From the sequence record ON212266.1: a DNA stretch of 64,000 nucleotides, one strand, 5' to 3'. This document shows positions 17,624 through 26,231 of the stretch, piece after piece; the first letter of the stretch is position 1, and each line of letters opens with the position of its first letter. The notes under the pieces were generated by a model. The model worked only from the letters and a program-made list of their open reading frames with translations, was not told the origin of the DNA and searched no databases. The translations under genes and the position numbers were made by a program. Origin of the DNA: Enterobacter phage fGh-Ecl02.

Positions 17624-19519
17624 ATGGCAACTCAAAGCTTCAGCGTTGCGCCGTCCGTACAGTGGACTGAGCGTGATGCCACGCTTCAGACGTCTCCATC
17701 CGTTGTTGTTCAGGGTGCGACTGTCGGCAAATTCCAATGGGGTGAAGCAGAACTCCCTGTGTTGGTCACTGGTGGCGAAACTGGTCTGGTGAAGAAATTC
17801 TTCAAGCCAAACGATGCAACTGCCACCGACTTCTTGGTGATTGCTGACTTCCTGTCTTACAGCTCTGTTGCATGGGTGACCCGTGTGGTCGGTCCGGCGG
17901 CACGCAACGCTGTAACCAAAGGTCAGACTGCAATCCTTATCCGCAACAAACTAGACTTCGAAACTGCGTCCCCATCTGCGTCTATTACCTGGACAGGCCG
18001 CTATGCTGGCTCTCTGGGTAACGACATTGCTGTGAACATCTGTGATGCTGCGCTGTTCCCGACCTGGGAATTCCGTAACAACTTCGCATATGCTCCGCAG
18101 GATGGCGAGTACCATATCGCCATCGTTGACAAAGTAGGTCGCATTACCGACTCTTCTGGCGCTGTTAGTCAGGTTGATCGTATCTCTGTATCCGGTACTG
18201 CCACCGCTGCTGGTTCCATCTCTGTTGCTGGTGAAGCCGTGGCGTACACTGACGCTGACACCCCGGCGACTCTGGCGACAAAGATCGGAACTGCGCTGAC
18301 GTCTCTGTCTGACGTGTATTCTTCTGTTGTCGTGAAGTCCAACACCGTCACCGTCACTCACAAAGCAATCGGTCCTCAGGCTGCGACTGCGATTGTTCCA
18401 GACGCGAATGGCCTGACTGCTACCGCTGCCGTCACCACTGTTGGTGCTTCCGGTACGATCATCGAGAAGTATGAACTGGTGCAGACCACTCAGGGTTCTA
18501 AGAAATCTGATGGATCCAATGCGTACTTCAAAGACGTGATCAACGGCACCTCAAATTGGGTGTACACCTTCGCCACTACCCTGGCTGCTGGTGTCATTGA
18601 ACTCGAAGGTGGTGTAGACGATTACACTGGGAACCGTGTTGCGGCTATCCAGGCACTGAACAACGCCGAAGCGTATGATGCCAAGCCAGTGTTCGGTTTC
18701 TGTGAAGAACTGATTGAGCAGCAGGCACTGATCGACCTGTCCACTGAGCGTAAAGACACAGTGTCCTTCGTGTCTCCTCTTCGCGATGCGGTCGTCGGAA
18801 ACCGTGGCCGTGAGATGGATGATGTTGTGGCCTGGCGTGAAAGCCTTGTTCGCGACTCCTCCTACTTCTTCATGGATGACAACTGGGCGTATGTGTACGA
18901 CAAGTACAACGACAAAATGCGTTGGATTCCGGCTTGTGGCGGCACCGCAGGTGTTTGGGCGCGAAGCATTGAAATCGCGGGTATCTACAAATCTCCGGCG
19001 TTCCACAACCGTGGTAAATACAACAACTATAATCGAATGGCGTGGTCTGCGTCTTCTGATGAGCGTGCTGTGCTATATCGCAACCAGATCAACAGCATCG
19101 TCACCTTCTCCAACGAAGGCATCGTGTTGTACGGCGACAAGACTGGCCTGACCCGCCCATCTGCGTTCGACCGCATCAACGTTCGTGGTCTGTTCATCAT
19201 GGCAGAACAGAACATCGCAGCCATCGCCAAATACTACCTTGGTGAGAACAACGATGCATTCACTCGTGGGTTGTTCAGCAACGCTGTCCGCCCATATATC
19301 CGCCAGTTGGCCAACATGGGCGCGATCTATGACGGGATGGTGAAGTGTGATGAGGACAACAACACCGCTGATGTTATCGCAGCCAACACCATGGTCGCGG
19401 GTATCTGGCTGAAACCAGAATACAGCATTAACTGGATATTTTTAGATTTCGCCGCCGTCCGCCCAGACATGGAGTTCTCCGAGATCGAATCCGGTGGTGG
19501 TATCGTTGCAGCCTCCTAA
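17624..19519 (+). CDS. 18: Tail sheath protein gp18 homologue
   Basis: N-terminal GKFQWGE and C-terminal DRINVRGLF..LFSNAVRPY match T4 gp18 (GKFQWGP.., DRINVRRLF). SD GAAGGA. Confidence 0.9.
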   Translation: MATQSFSVAPSVQWTERDATLQTSPSVVVQGATVGKFQWGEAELPVLVTGGETGLVKKFFKPNDATATDFLVIADFLSYSSVAWVTRVVGPAARNAVTKGQTAILIRNKLDFETASPSASITWTGRYAGSLGNDIAVNICDAALFPTWEFRNNFAYAPQDGEYHIAIVDKVGRITDSSGAVSQVDRISVSGTATAAGSISVAGEAVAYTDADTPATLATKIGTALTSLSDVYSSVVVKSNTVTVTHKAIGPQAATAIVPDANGLTATAAVTTVGASGTIIEKYELVQTTQGSKKSDGSNAYFKDVINGTSNWVYTFATTLAAGVIELEGGVDDYTGNRVAAIQALNNAEAYDAKPVFGFCEELIEQQALIDLSTERKDTVSFVSPLRDAVVGNRGREMDDVVAWRESLVRDSSYFFMDDNWAYVYDKYNDKMRWIPACGGTAGVWARSIEIAGIYKSPAFHNRGKYNNYNRMAWSASSDERAVLYRNQINSIVTFSNEGIVLYGDKTGLTRPSAFDRINVRGLFIMAEQNIAAIAKYYLGENNDAFTRGLFSNAVRPYIRQLANMGAIYDGMVKCDEDNNTADVIAANTMVAGIWLKPEYSINWIFLDFAAVRPDMEFSEIESGGGIVAAS

Positions 19520-19522
19520 CGC

Positions 19523-19547
19523 GCATGCCCTCTTCGGAGGGCATTTC
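19523..19547 (+). terminator. Terminator after the sheath gene
   Basis: ATGCCCTC-TTCG-GAGGGCAT followed by TTCAAT. Confidence 0.55.
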
Positions 19548-19600
19548 AATGGTCTCTCGCGGGTTAAAATGGAACGATTTTACTGAGAGAGAGCATCGAA

Positions 19601-20299
19601 ATGATCGGAAGTGTTTACAAAATTACAAATCTAGTCAATCAGAAAGCCCATATCGGTATCACCACAAGAGACCCAAGCCATAGGTGGTGGGAACATTGTA
19701 ACAGCGCTCGAAATGGTTCCGACTACGGTATCCATCAAGCTATTCGCAAGCACGGTGAAGAATCATTCTCGTTCCAAGTGATTGCCCAGACCAAGTCCAT
19801 AAAAGATCTTAAAGAATTAGAGATCATCCTGATCAAGCAGCATGACACCCACATGTCAACTCAGAAAGGGTACAACAAAACTTGGGGCGGTGATGGTGCA
19901 ACATTCACTGGCAAGACCGGCGCTATTGATGCATCGACCGGAGAGCGTATCGGCCTCGTAGACTGTGATGACCCTAGATGGTCGACAGGAGAGATAATAC
20001 ACTGCAAGGTCGGGGTCAAGCGTTCTTTCTCAAAGAGCCTGTCTGAATTCGCCAAAGCAAGAACCGGATCCAAGAACTCCAATGCCAAGCGATTCAAATT
20101 GGTATCTCCATCCGGCGAAGAATACGAAATCCACGGGAATTGTCGCGAATACGTGGAGAGGTTGGGACTTAAATATTCAGCACTCTATGATTACATCGAC
20201 AAGGGTATTCCAGTTCCACCACCGTCTGTGTATCATAGGAAAACTGCGACCACAGAGCGTTTGAATACGACGGGTTGGCAGCTAATTAGAATTGTGTAA
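19601..20299 (+). CDS. GIY-YIG homing endonuclease (Seg-like), free-standing, between gp18 and gp19
   Basis: N-terminal SVYKITN...KAHIGIT (GIY...YIG block) and a conserved Arg/Glu region. Own terminator upstream (19523-19547). Interrupts the otherwise adjacent 18-19 pair. Confidence 0.7.
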   Translation: MIGSVYKITNLVNQKAHIGITTRDPSHRWWEHCNSARNGSDYGIHQAIRKHGEESFSFQVIAQTKSIKDLKELEIILIKQHDTHMSTQKGYNKTWGGDGATFTGKTGAIDASTGERIGLVDCDDPRWSTGEIIHCKVGVKRSFSKSLSEFAKARTGSKNSNAKRFKLVSPSGEEYEIHGNCREYVERLGLKYSALYDYIDKGIPVPPPSVYHRKTATTERLNTTGWQLIRIV

Positions 20300-20319
20300 C
20301 TCTTTCTGGAGAATCTATA

Positions 20320-20853
20320 ATGGCTACAGTTAATGAATTCAGAGCAGCTATGTCACGCGGGGGCGGCGTTCAGCGCCAACACCGTTGGCGTGTGACTGTT
20401 AACTTCCCTTCCTTCGTGGCTGGAAGCGATACTATCCGTGATGTTTCGCTGTTGGCGGTGACCACAAATACCCCAACAGGCCAGCTCGGGGAAATACTCG
20501 TCCCATGGGGTGGTCGTGAACTTCCATTCCCAGGTGACCGCCGCTTCGAAGCGCTGCCTGTGACGTTCATCAACGTCGTGGACAACGCCCCGTACAACGC
20601 ATTCGAAGTCTGGCAGCAGTACATCAACGGCAGCAACAACAACCGTGCGTCTGCTAACCCAGATGATTATTTCCGTGATGTAATCATGGAACTGCTGGAT
20701 GCGAATGACAACGTCACCAAGACCTGGACCCTTCAGGGCACCTGGCCTCAGAACCTCGGTCAGCTGGAACTGGACATGTCTGCAATGGACTCTTATACTC
20801 AGTTCACTGTTGACCTGCGTTACTTCCAGGCCATTTCAGACAAGTCTCTCTAA
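20320..20853 (+). CDS. 19: Tail tube protein gp19 homologue
   Basis: C-terminus GTWPQNLGQLELD..TQFTVDLRYF versus T4 gp19 GLWPTNVGELQLD..QTFEVTLALDYW. Confidence 0.85.
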   Translation: MATVNEFRAAMSRGGGVQRQHRWRVTVNFPSFVAGSDTIRDVSLLAVTTNTPTGQLGEILVPWGGRELPFPGDRRFEALPVTFINVVDNAPYNAFEVWQQYINGSNNNRASANPDDYFRDVIMELLDANDNVTKTWTLQGTWPQNLGQLELDMSAMDSYTQFTVDLRYFQAISDKSL

Positions 20854-20919
20854 TGTCCTCAGTGCTGGGGGATCTTTATTCCCCCTCACTAATTACAAGA
20901 AAATGTTGAGGACTTAATC

Positions 20920-22614
20920 ATGGCATTCGGTAATGGTGCATTCGGAAATGGGTTCTTCGGCTTGTTCGGCAGAGGCGGCAAAGTAGAAGCGCCGATTGAT
21001 ACCGACAAGATGGTCACGAACCAAGAAGAGAAGTTGCTTTCAAAAGCGACTGTTGTTGCGCTGGACGATTCTCAGGATGGTTCCATCATCCTCCAGGGCG
21101 GCGCGAACACATTCAATTTCGTTGGTGTTGAGAATGAGTTGCTCAACGTCAAACAGCTGGTCGAAGAGTACCAGTCTATGGCTCAGCAGCCTGAGATTCG
21201 TAAGGCTGTGGATATCATTGTCAACGACATCGTCACCTGTGAAGAGGACGAGACTCCTGTAACCATCAACCTGGAAAAGGTAGATGGCATCACAAACGAA
21301 GTCAAAGAGAAGATCACTGACGCATTCAAAGAGATCATGCATCTCCTTGACTTTGACAACACGGCGTATCAGAAGATCCGCAAATGGTATATTGAAGGCC
21401 GTCAGGCATTCCACGTTGTAGTGGACCCGAAGAACAAGAAAGCGGGTATCGCCAAACTCATCATGATGGACTCACGCTGTATCCGTCCTGTGTACATCGT
21501 TCAAAAAGCGATGCGCGACGGTATCGAAGTCATCAATGACGTAAAACTTCAATACTACTACAACCCGAACTACAACCGCAACCAATTCACTGGCCAGTCC
21601 GGTACGTCTCAGAACTTCCAACCGTCACAGCAAGAGCTGGTGTTTGATGATGAGAGCATAGTGTATCTGGACAGTGGTGAAGAGCCTCTGGCGAATGGAG
21701 TTGTACCAAGCCTGCTGAACCCAGCTATCCGTCCCCTGAACAACCTTGTTACAACTGAAGATGCAACGGTGATCTATGCGATCACACGTGCTCCTGAGAA
21801 GCGAGCGTTCTATCTCGACGTGGGTACGCTGGGTAAGAAGTCGGCCGAAGAATACATGCAAGCCATGATGGGCAAATTCAAGAACCGTCTGGCGTATGAT
21901 CGCACCACTGGTAAGGTGGCTGGTAACACTCATTTGATGGGTATCGCTGAGGACTACTGGCTACCACGTCGCGAAGGACAGAACGCAACCGAGATCTCCA
22001 ACGTAGGCGGTGGCGACCAACTGGGTCAAATGGATCATGTGGTATACTTCCGCGAGAAGCTCTACGAGGCTCTGATGATCCCTAAGAGCCGCCTGCAAGA
22101 GGAAGGTTCCATCAACATCGGTGGTTCCAATCTTGCTGAAATTACACAGGAAGAATTGCGCTTCAACAAGTTCTGTGCGAGCCTGCGCCGTCGTTATTCT
22201 TCTGGTATCTTCCTGGAACTTCTGCGTCGCCAGCTGATATTGAAAGGCATTACAGATCAGGCTGACTGGAATGAGAAGATCAAGCCGTTCGTCAAGTTCG
22301 AATTCACTTCTGACAGCTTCATCCGTGAACAACAAGAGAACGAAATCTTGTCACAGCGTATGGCGGCTCTCGGTCAGATAGAACCATATATCGGCACCCT
22401 CTTCTCTATCGATTTTGCTCAACGCAATTTGCTGCGCATGTCCGATGAAGACATCAAAGATCAGCAAGAGAAGATCGAGAAAGAGAAGAAAGAAGGCAAA
22501 TACCCTGAAGTACAGGCAGATGAGTCCGGCGGCTTCGGCAGCGGGGAAGTCAGTCCACTGAAATTCAGACCTAACGTCATCCCAGCGACTAACCCTCCTG
22601 GTGGTGAAGAATAA
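20920..22614 (+). CDS. 20: Portal vertex protein gp20 homologue
   Basis: Extensive similarity to T4 gp20, e.g. EDYWLPRREGQNATEI and ITRAPEKRAFYLDVGT versus T4 EDYWLQRRDGKAVTEV and ITRAPDRRVWYVDTGN. Confidence 0.9.
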   Translation: MAFGNGAFGNGFFGLFGRGGKVEAPIDTDKMVTNQEEKLLSKATVVALDDSQDGSIILQGGANTFNFVGVENELLNVKQLVEEYQSMAQQPEIRKAVDIIVNDIVTCEEDETPVTINLEKVDGITNEVKEKITDAFKEIMHLLDFDNTAYQKIRKWYIEGRQAFHVVVDPKNKKAGIAKLIMMDSRCIRPVYIVQKAMRDGIEVINDVKLQYYYNPNYNRNQFTGQSGTSQNFQPSQQELVFDDESIVYLDSGEEPLANGVVPSLLNPAIRPLNNLVTTEDATVIYAITRAPEKRAFYLDVGTLGKKSAEEYMQAMMGKFKNRLAYDRTTGKVAGNTHLMGIAEDYWLPRREGQNATEISNVGGGDQLGQMDHVVYFREKLYEALMIPKSRLQEEGSINIGGSNLAEITQEELRFNKFCASLRRRYSSGIFLELLRRQLILKGITDQADWNEKIKPFVKFEFTSDSFIREQQENEILSQRMAALGQIEPYIGTLFSIDFAQRNLLRMSDEDIKDQQEKIEKEKKEGKYPEVQADESGGFGSGEVSPLKFRPNVIPATNPPGGEE

Positions 22615-22651
22615 TTCGACTAAGTATAGAAAACATTTAGAGGATATGAAC

Positions 22652-22822
22652 ATGGCTGCTATCGATCTGGTAAAAGCAATCATCGCTGGTGATACTGATG
22701 CCGCTGCTGCTGAATGCGAAATGGAGCTGTCCGCTCGCGCCCAAGAACTGGTCCAGCAGGGTACTGAATATGTCTTGAACTCCCTGAGCCAAGACATGGG
22801 TCCTTTCGGCGACGACCAGTAA
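22652..22822 (+). CDS. Small prohead core protein (gp67-like)
   Basis: 57-aa acidic protein right after the portal gene, as T4 gene 67 is. MAAIDLVKAIIAGD resembles T4 gp67 MEGLIEAIKSND. Confidence 0.5.
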   Translation: MAAIDLVKAIIAGDTDAAAAECEMELSARAQELVQQGTEYVLNSLSQDMGPFGDDQ

Positions 22823-22834
22823 GAGGAATGTATC

Positions 22835-23140
22835 ATGGAAATCGAAGAAGTTGCAACGTTCGCTGATTTCCTGGCTTCCCGCATGGATGAGCAGAAAGTC
22901 ATTGACAAGGTGAACGCAAAAGGCAAACGCCGTCGCCGTCTGCAGTGTGCTCCTGGTTTCAAACTGTCTGCGGATGGTTCCCGTTGTGAGGTGATGGTCG
23001 CCAGTGAGCGCCGTACCCGCAAGCTGGGCAACCGCAAGGCGATCCGAGCCAAGAAACGCATGGGTATGGGATACCAGCGCAAAATCGAGCGTCGTAAGAA
23101 AAAAGCAATGAAGTTCCGTCGTATGATGGGACTGAGTTAA
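22835..23140 (+). CDS. Basic prohead core protein (gp68-like)
   Basis: Very Arg/Lys-rich C-terminus. Positioned between the gp67-like gene and the prohead protease, as in T4. Confidence 0.45.
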   Translation: MEIEEVATFADFLASRMDEQKVIDKVNAKGKRRRRLQCAPGFKLSADGSRCEVMVASERRTRKLGNRKAIRAKKRMGMGYQRKIERRKKKAMKFRRMMGLS

Positions 23141-23147
23141 GGAGCGA

Positions 23148-23816
23148 ATGATGAAACTGTTGCGTGAGATCACTGCGATAGGGAAAGACCTTCAGATTGG
23201 TGAAGCGGCCACGGCTACTGGCGGCAAAGCCATGTACATCGAAGGTCCATTCGTGATGTGTAACCAGGTGAACCGTAATGGTCGCAACTACGATCTCCAA
23301 AAGGTGGGTATCCCTGCTGTCGAAGCATACGACAAAGAGTATATCCAGGATCGTCGTGCAATCGGTGAACTCAAGCATCCGGATTATCCTTTCCCCGATA
23401 TCGAACACGCTGCACTCAAAACCGAATCTTTGCGCTGGGAAGGCACCAACGCTATCGGTCGAGCGCGGATCCTGAATACACCGAAAGGTCAGATCATTCG
23501 TGCTCTGGCTGAAGCAGACTTCAACCTGGCCGTGTCTACACGTGGCCTTGGTGAGACCAAGTCAGTGAACGGCTATGATGACGTTCAACCCGGCTTTATG
23601 CTCACTGCTGTTGATGCAGTCGACCGTCCTTCTGGACAAGTTTGTTATGTAAAGGCTGTGAGCGAATCTGTGGAATGGCAGCTTGATGAATCTTCAGGAA
23701 TTTGGGTTCCTAAGGACATTAAGGGGCATGTGGTCGATTCATTGGTGAAAACCAATATTCAGTTAGAAGACGACTTCCTGCGCCGCCTCGATATCGCATT
23801 GAAACATCTGGGCTGA
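23148..23816 (+). CDS. 21: Prohead core protein/protease gp21 homologue
   Basis: YIEGPFV..VNRNGRNY..GELKHP..GRARI..VSTRGLG matches T4 gp21 YIEGIFM..VNRNKRLY..GELNHP..GRARV..VSSRGLG. Confidence 0.85.
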   Translation: MMKLLREITAIGKDLQIGEAATATGGKAMYIEGPFVMCNQVNRNGRNYDLQKVGIPAVEAYDKEYIQDRRAIGELKHPDYPFPDIEHAALKTESLRWEGTNAIGRARILNTPKGQIIRALAEADFNLAVSTRGLGETKSVNGYDDVQPGFMLTAVDAVDRPSGQVCYVKAVSESVEWQLDESSGIWVPKDIKGHVVDSLVKTNIQLEDDFLRRLDIALKHLG

Positions 23817-23825
23817 ATTCAGCCT

Positions 23826-23849
23826 CACTAAATACTGAAAATCGTTCAG
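23826..23849 (+). promoter_or_regulatory. Late-promoter-like box plus leader hairpin upstream of gp22
   Basis: CACTAAATAC then CTGAA-aatcg-TTCAG. Confidence 0.45.
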
Positions 23850-23861
23850 AAGGAAACAATC

Positions 23862-24713
23862 ATGAAACCTGAATTGCAAAAACTGTTTGAGGGCGTTAAC
23901 GGCCTCAGCACCGACTTCCTGGATAAAGTGTCTGGTCTGCTGGAATCTAAAGTAGAAGCCGCTCGCCTGACCGCTATTCAAGAAACTGAAAACGCTGCCA
24001 ACATTGAGCGCCTGCGTCTGGTTGAAGCTCATCAGGCTGAGATTGCTCAGCTGAAAGAGTCTCACTTGATGGAAATCGCGACGAAAGTCGATGGCTTCCT
24101 GAATGCTGTTGTAGAAGAGTGGGCTAACAAGAACGCTCCTGCAATCGATGCTCAGATCAAACGTGAAGCGGCTGAAAATCTGCTGACTGGCCTGACTGGT
24201 GTTCTGAAAGAAGCTGGTATCAACTTTGCCACTGACGAAAACGGCCAGATCGCTGCGCTGACTGCCCGCCTGGCCGAAGCAGAACAACGTGCTGCGATTG
24301 CCGAAAGCGAAAACCGTCAAATCAAAGAAGCCGCGAATGCGACTCTGCGTGACTCTGTGATTGCCCGTATCTGTGAAGGTATGGTCGACACCAAGAAAGC
24401 AACGGTTGTCAATCTGCTGGAAGCTGTGCAGTTCACCACCGAAAGCGAATTCGCTTCCCGCGTACACACCTTCCGCAACCTGGTAGAAGGTAAGTCCGTG
24501 AAGAAAGAAGGCGATGACGATGACGATGACTTCCAAGACAAAGTCGGCGGAAAAGACGGCGATGACGACAACAAAGATGTTAAAGCCGAAGGCAAAAAGC
24601 CTAAGAAAGAAGGCGATGAAGATGACGATGAAGATGAAACAGACAAAGAGCTGAAAGAATCTATCAAGCGTCAGTTGGCCGACTATAATCGTCGCTTCGG
24701 CATCAACGGCTAA
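23862..24713 (+). CDS. 22: Prohead core scaffold protein gp22 homologue
   Basis: Acidic, coiled-coil-rich protein with a poly-Asp/Glu tail, directly upstream of the major capsid gene. Late-promoter-like box at 23826-23835. Confidence 0.75.
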   Translation: MKPELQKLFEGVNGLSTDFLDKVSGLLESKVEAARLTAIQETENAANIERLRLVEAHQAEIAQLKESHLMEIATKVDGFLNAVVEEWANKNAPAIDAQIKREAAENLLTGLTGVLKEAGINFATDENGQIAALTARLAEAEQRAAIAESENRQIKEAANATLRDSVIARICEGMVDTKKATVVNLLEAVQFTTESEFASRVHTFRNLVEGKSVKKEGDDDDDDFQDKVGGKDGDDDNKDVKAEGKKPKKEGDEDDDEDETDKELKESIKRQLADYNRRFGING

Positions 24714-24804
24714 TTTTAGCAGCCACAGCCCTCGAAAGGGGGCTTGATTTTGAACTACTAAGTAATTTCAACTTAACTGAATATCAATGTAAGGAATGAC
24801 CATC

Positions 24805-26127
24805 ATGGCTAAGAAACTTGTTACCGAACAAATGCGCGAGCAGTGGCTGCCAGTTCTTCAGAAAGAATCTGAAAGCATCCAGCCGCTTTCTGCCGAAAAC
24901 GTTGCCGTCCGTCTGCTGCAAAACCAGGCTGAGTGGAACGCCAAAAACCTGGGCGAATCCGACGCTCCTGGCTCCGTGAACGCCTCTGTGGGCAAATGGC
25001 AGCCAGTCCTGATCGACATGGCCAAACGTCTGGCTCCGGTCAACATCGCGATGGACTTCTTCGGCGTTCAGCCGCTGTCTGGTCCTGACGGTCAGATCTT
25101 CGCACTGCGTGCTCGCCAAGGTGTTGCAGACGGTTCCAACACTGCACAGTCCCGTAAAGAACTGTTCATGCAGGAAGCTGATTCTGGCTATTCTGGTGAC
25201 GGCACTGCTCAGGCTGGCGACCCATCTGGCTTTACCCAGACTGAGATCGAAGGTTCCGGCGCTGCTACCACCACCATCGGTAAAGGCATGCCATCTACCG
25301 ACGCTGAACTGCTGGGCACCACCACCAACCCATGGGCACGTGTTGGTATCACCGTTCAGAAAGCAACCGTGACTGCGAAGTCTCGCGGCCTGTACGCTGA
25401 CTACAGCCACGAACTGCGCCAGGACATGATGGCGATCCACGGCGAAGACGTTGACAGCATCCTGTCCGACGTGATGGTAACTGAAATTCAGGCAGAGATG
25501 AACCGTGAGTTTATCCGCACCATGAACTTCAGCGCAGTACGCTTCAAAAAATTCGGCACCAACGGCATTGTAGATATCTCCACTGACATCTCCGGTCGTT
25601 GGGCGCTGGAAAAATGGAAGTACATGACTTTCATGCTGGAAGTTGAAGCGAACGGCATCGGTGTTGACACCCGTCGTGGTAAAGGCAACCGTGTTCTGTG
25701 CTCTCCGAACGTAGCATCCGCTCTGGCGATGTCCGGCATGCTAGATTATGCTCCGGCTCTGCAGGAAAACACCAAGCTGGCGATTGATCCGACTGGTCAG
25801 ACCTTCGCTGGTGTGCTGTCTAACGGTATGCGTGTCTACATCGACCCGTATGCAGTAGCAGAATACATCACCCTGGCATACAAAGGCGCAACCGCGCTGG
25901 ATGCTGGTATCTTCTTCGCCCCATACGTTCCGCTGGAGATGTACCGCACCCAGGGTGAAACCACCTTCGCTCCACGCATGGCGTTCAAGACACGCTACGG
26001 GATTTGTGCCAACCCGTTCGTTCAGATCCCAGCGAACCAGGATCCGCAGGTTTATGTGACTGCCGATGGTATCGCCCAGGACAGCAACGTGTATTTCCGC
26101 AAAGGGTTGATCAAAGGCCTGTTTTAA
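24805..26127 (+). CDS. 23: Major capsid protein gp23 homologue
   Basis: Long colinear similarity to T4 gp23: VQPLSGPDGQIFALRA, KSRGLYADYSHELRQDMMAIHG and KTRYGICANPF versus VQPMNSPTGQVFALRA, KSRQLKAAYSIELAQDLRAVHG and KTRYGIGINPF. Start chosen at the second ATG for SD spacing; the ORF opens at 24796. Confidence 0.95.
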   Translation: MAKKLVTEQMREQWLPVLQKESESIQPLSAENVAVRLLQNQAEWNAKNLGESDAPGSVNASVGKWQPVLIDMAKRLAPVNIAMDFFGVQPLSGPDGQIFALRARQGVADGSNTAQSRKELFMQEADSGYSGDGTAQAGDPSGFTQTEIEGSGAATTTIGKGMPSTDAELLGTTTNPWARVGITVQKATVTAKSRGLYADYSHELRQDMMAIHGEDVDSILSDVMVTEIQAEMNREFIRTMNFSAVRFKKFGTNGIVDISTDISGRWALEKWKYMTFMLEVEANGIGVDTRRGKGNRVLCSPNVASALAMSGMLDYAPALQENTKLAIDPTGQTFAGVLSNGMRVYIDPYAVAEYITLAYKGATALDAGIFFAPYVPLEMYRTQGETTFAPRMAFKTRYGICANPFVQIPANQDPQVYVTADGIAQDSNVYFRKGLIKGLF

Positions 26128-26155
26128 TAATTAAAACAATGGCTTACGTCCTAAC

Positions 26156-26181
26156 AAACCCCGCTTCGGCGGGGTTTTTAT
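26156..26181 (+). terminator. Strong rho-independent terminator after the major capsid gene
   Basis: CCCCGC-TTCG-GCGGGG followed by TTTTTATTT. Confidence 0.75.
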
Positions 26182-26231
26182 TTGTATAGAAAGTGTTTGG
26201 GGTTAATATTCTTCTATAAGGAGAATAGCGT

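Noticed and set aside
22351-23173. Minus-strand ORFs of 243 and 178 aa overlapping the portal 3' end and the gp67/gp68/gp21 genes
   Set aside because: Antisense to a syntenic set of T4-homologous + strand genes. Compositionally biased (Ser/Arg/Ala-rich).
23763-24536. 257-aa minus-strand ORF over gp22
   Set aside because: Antisense of the acidic scaffold gene. Its Phe/Ser/Gln-rich translation is a codon-complement artefact.
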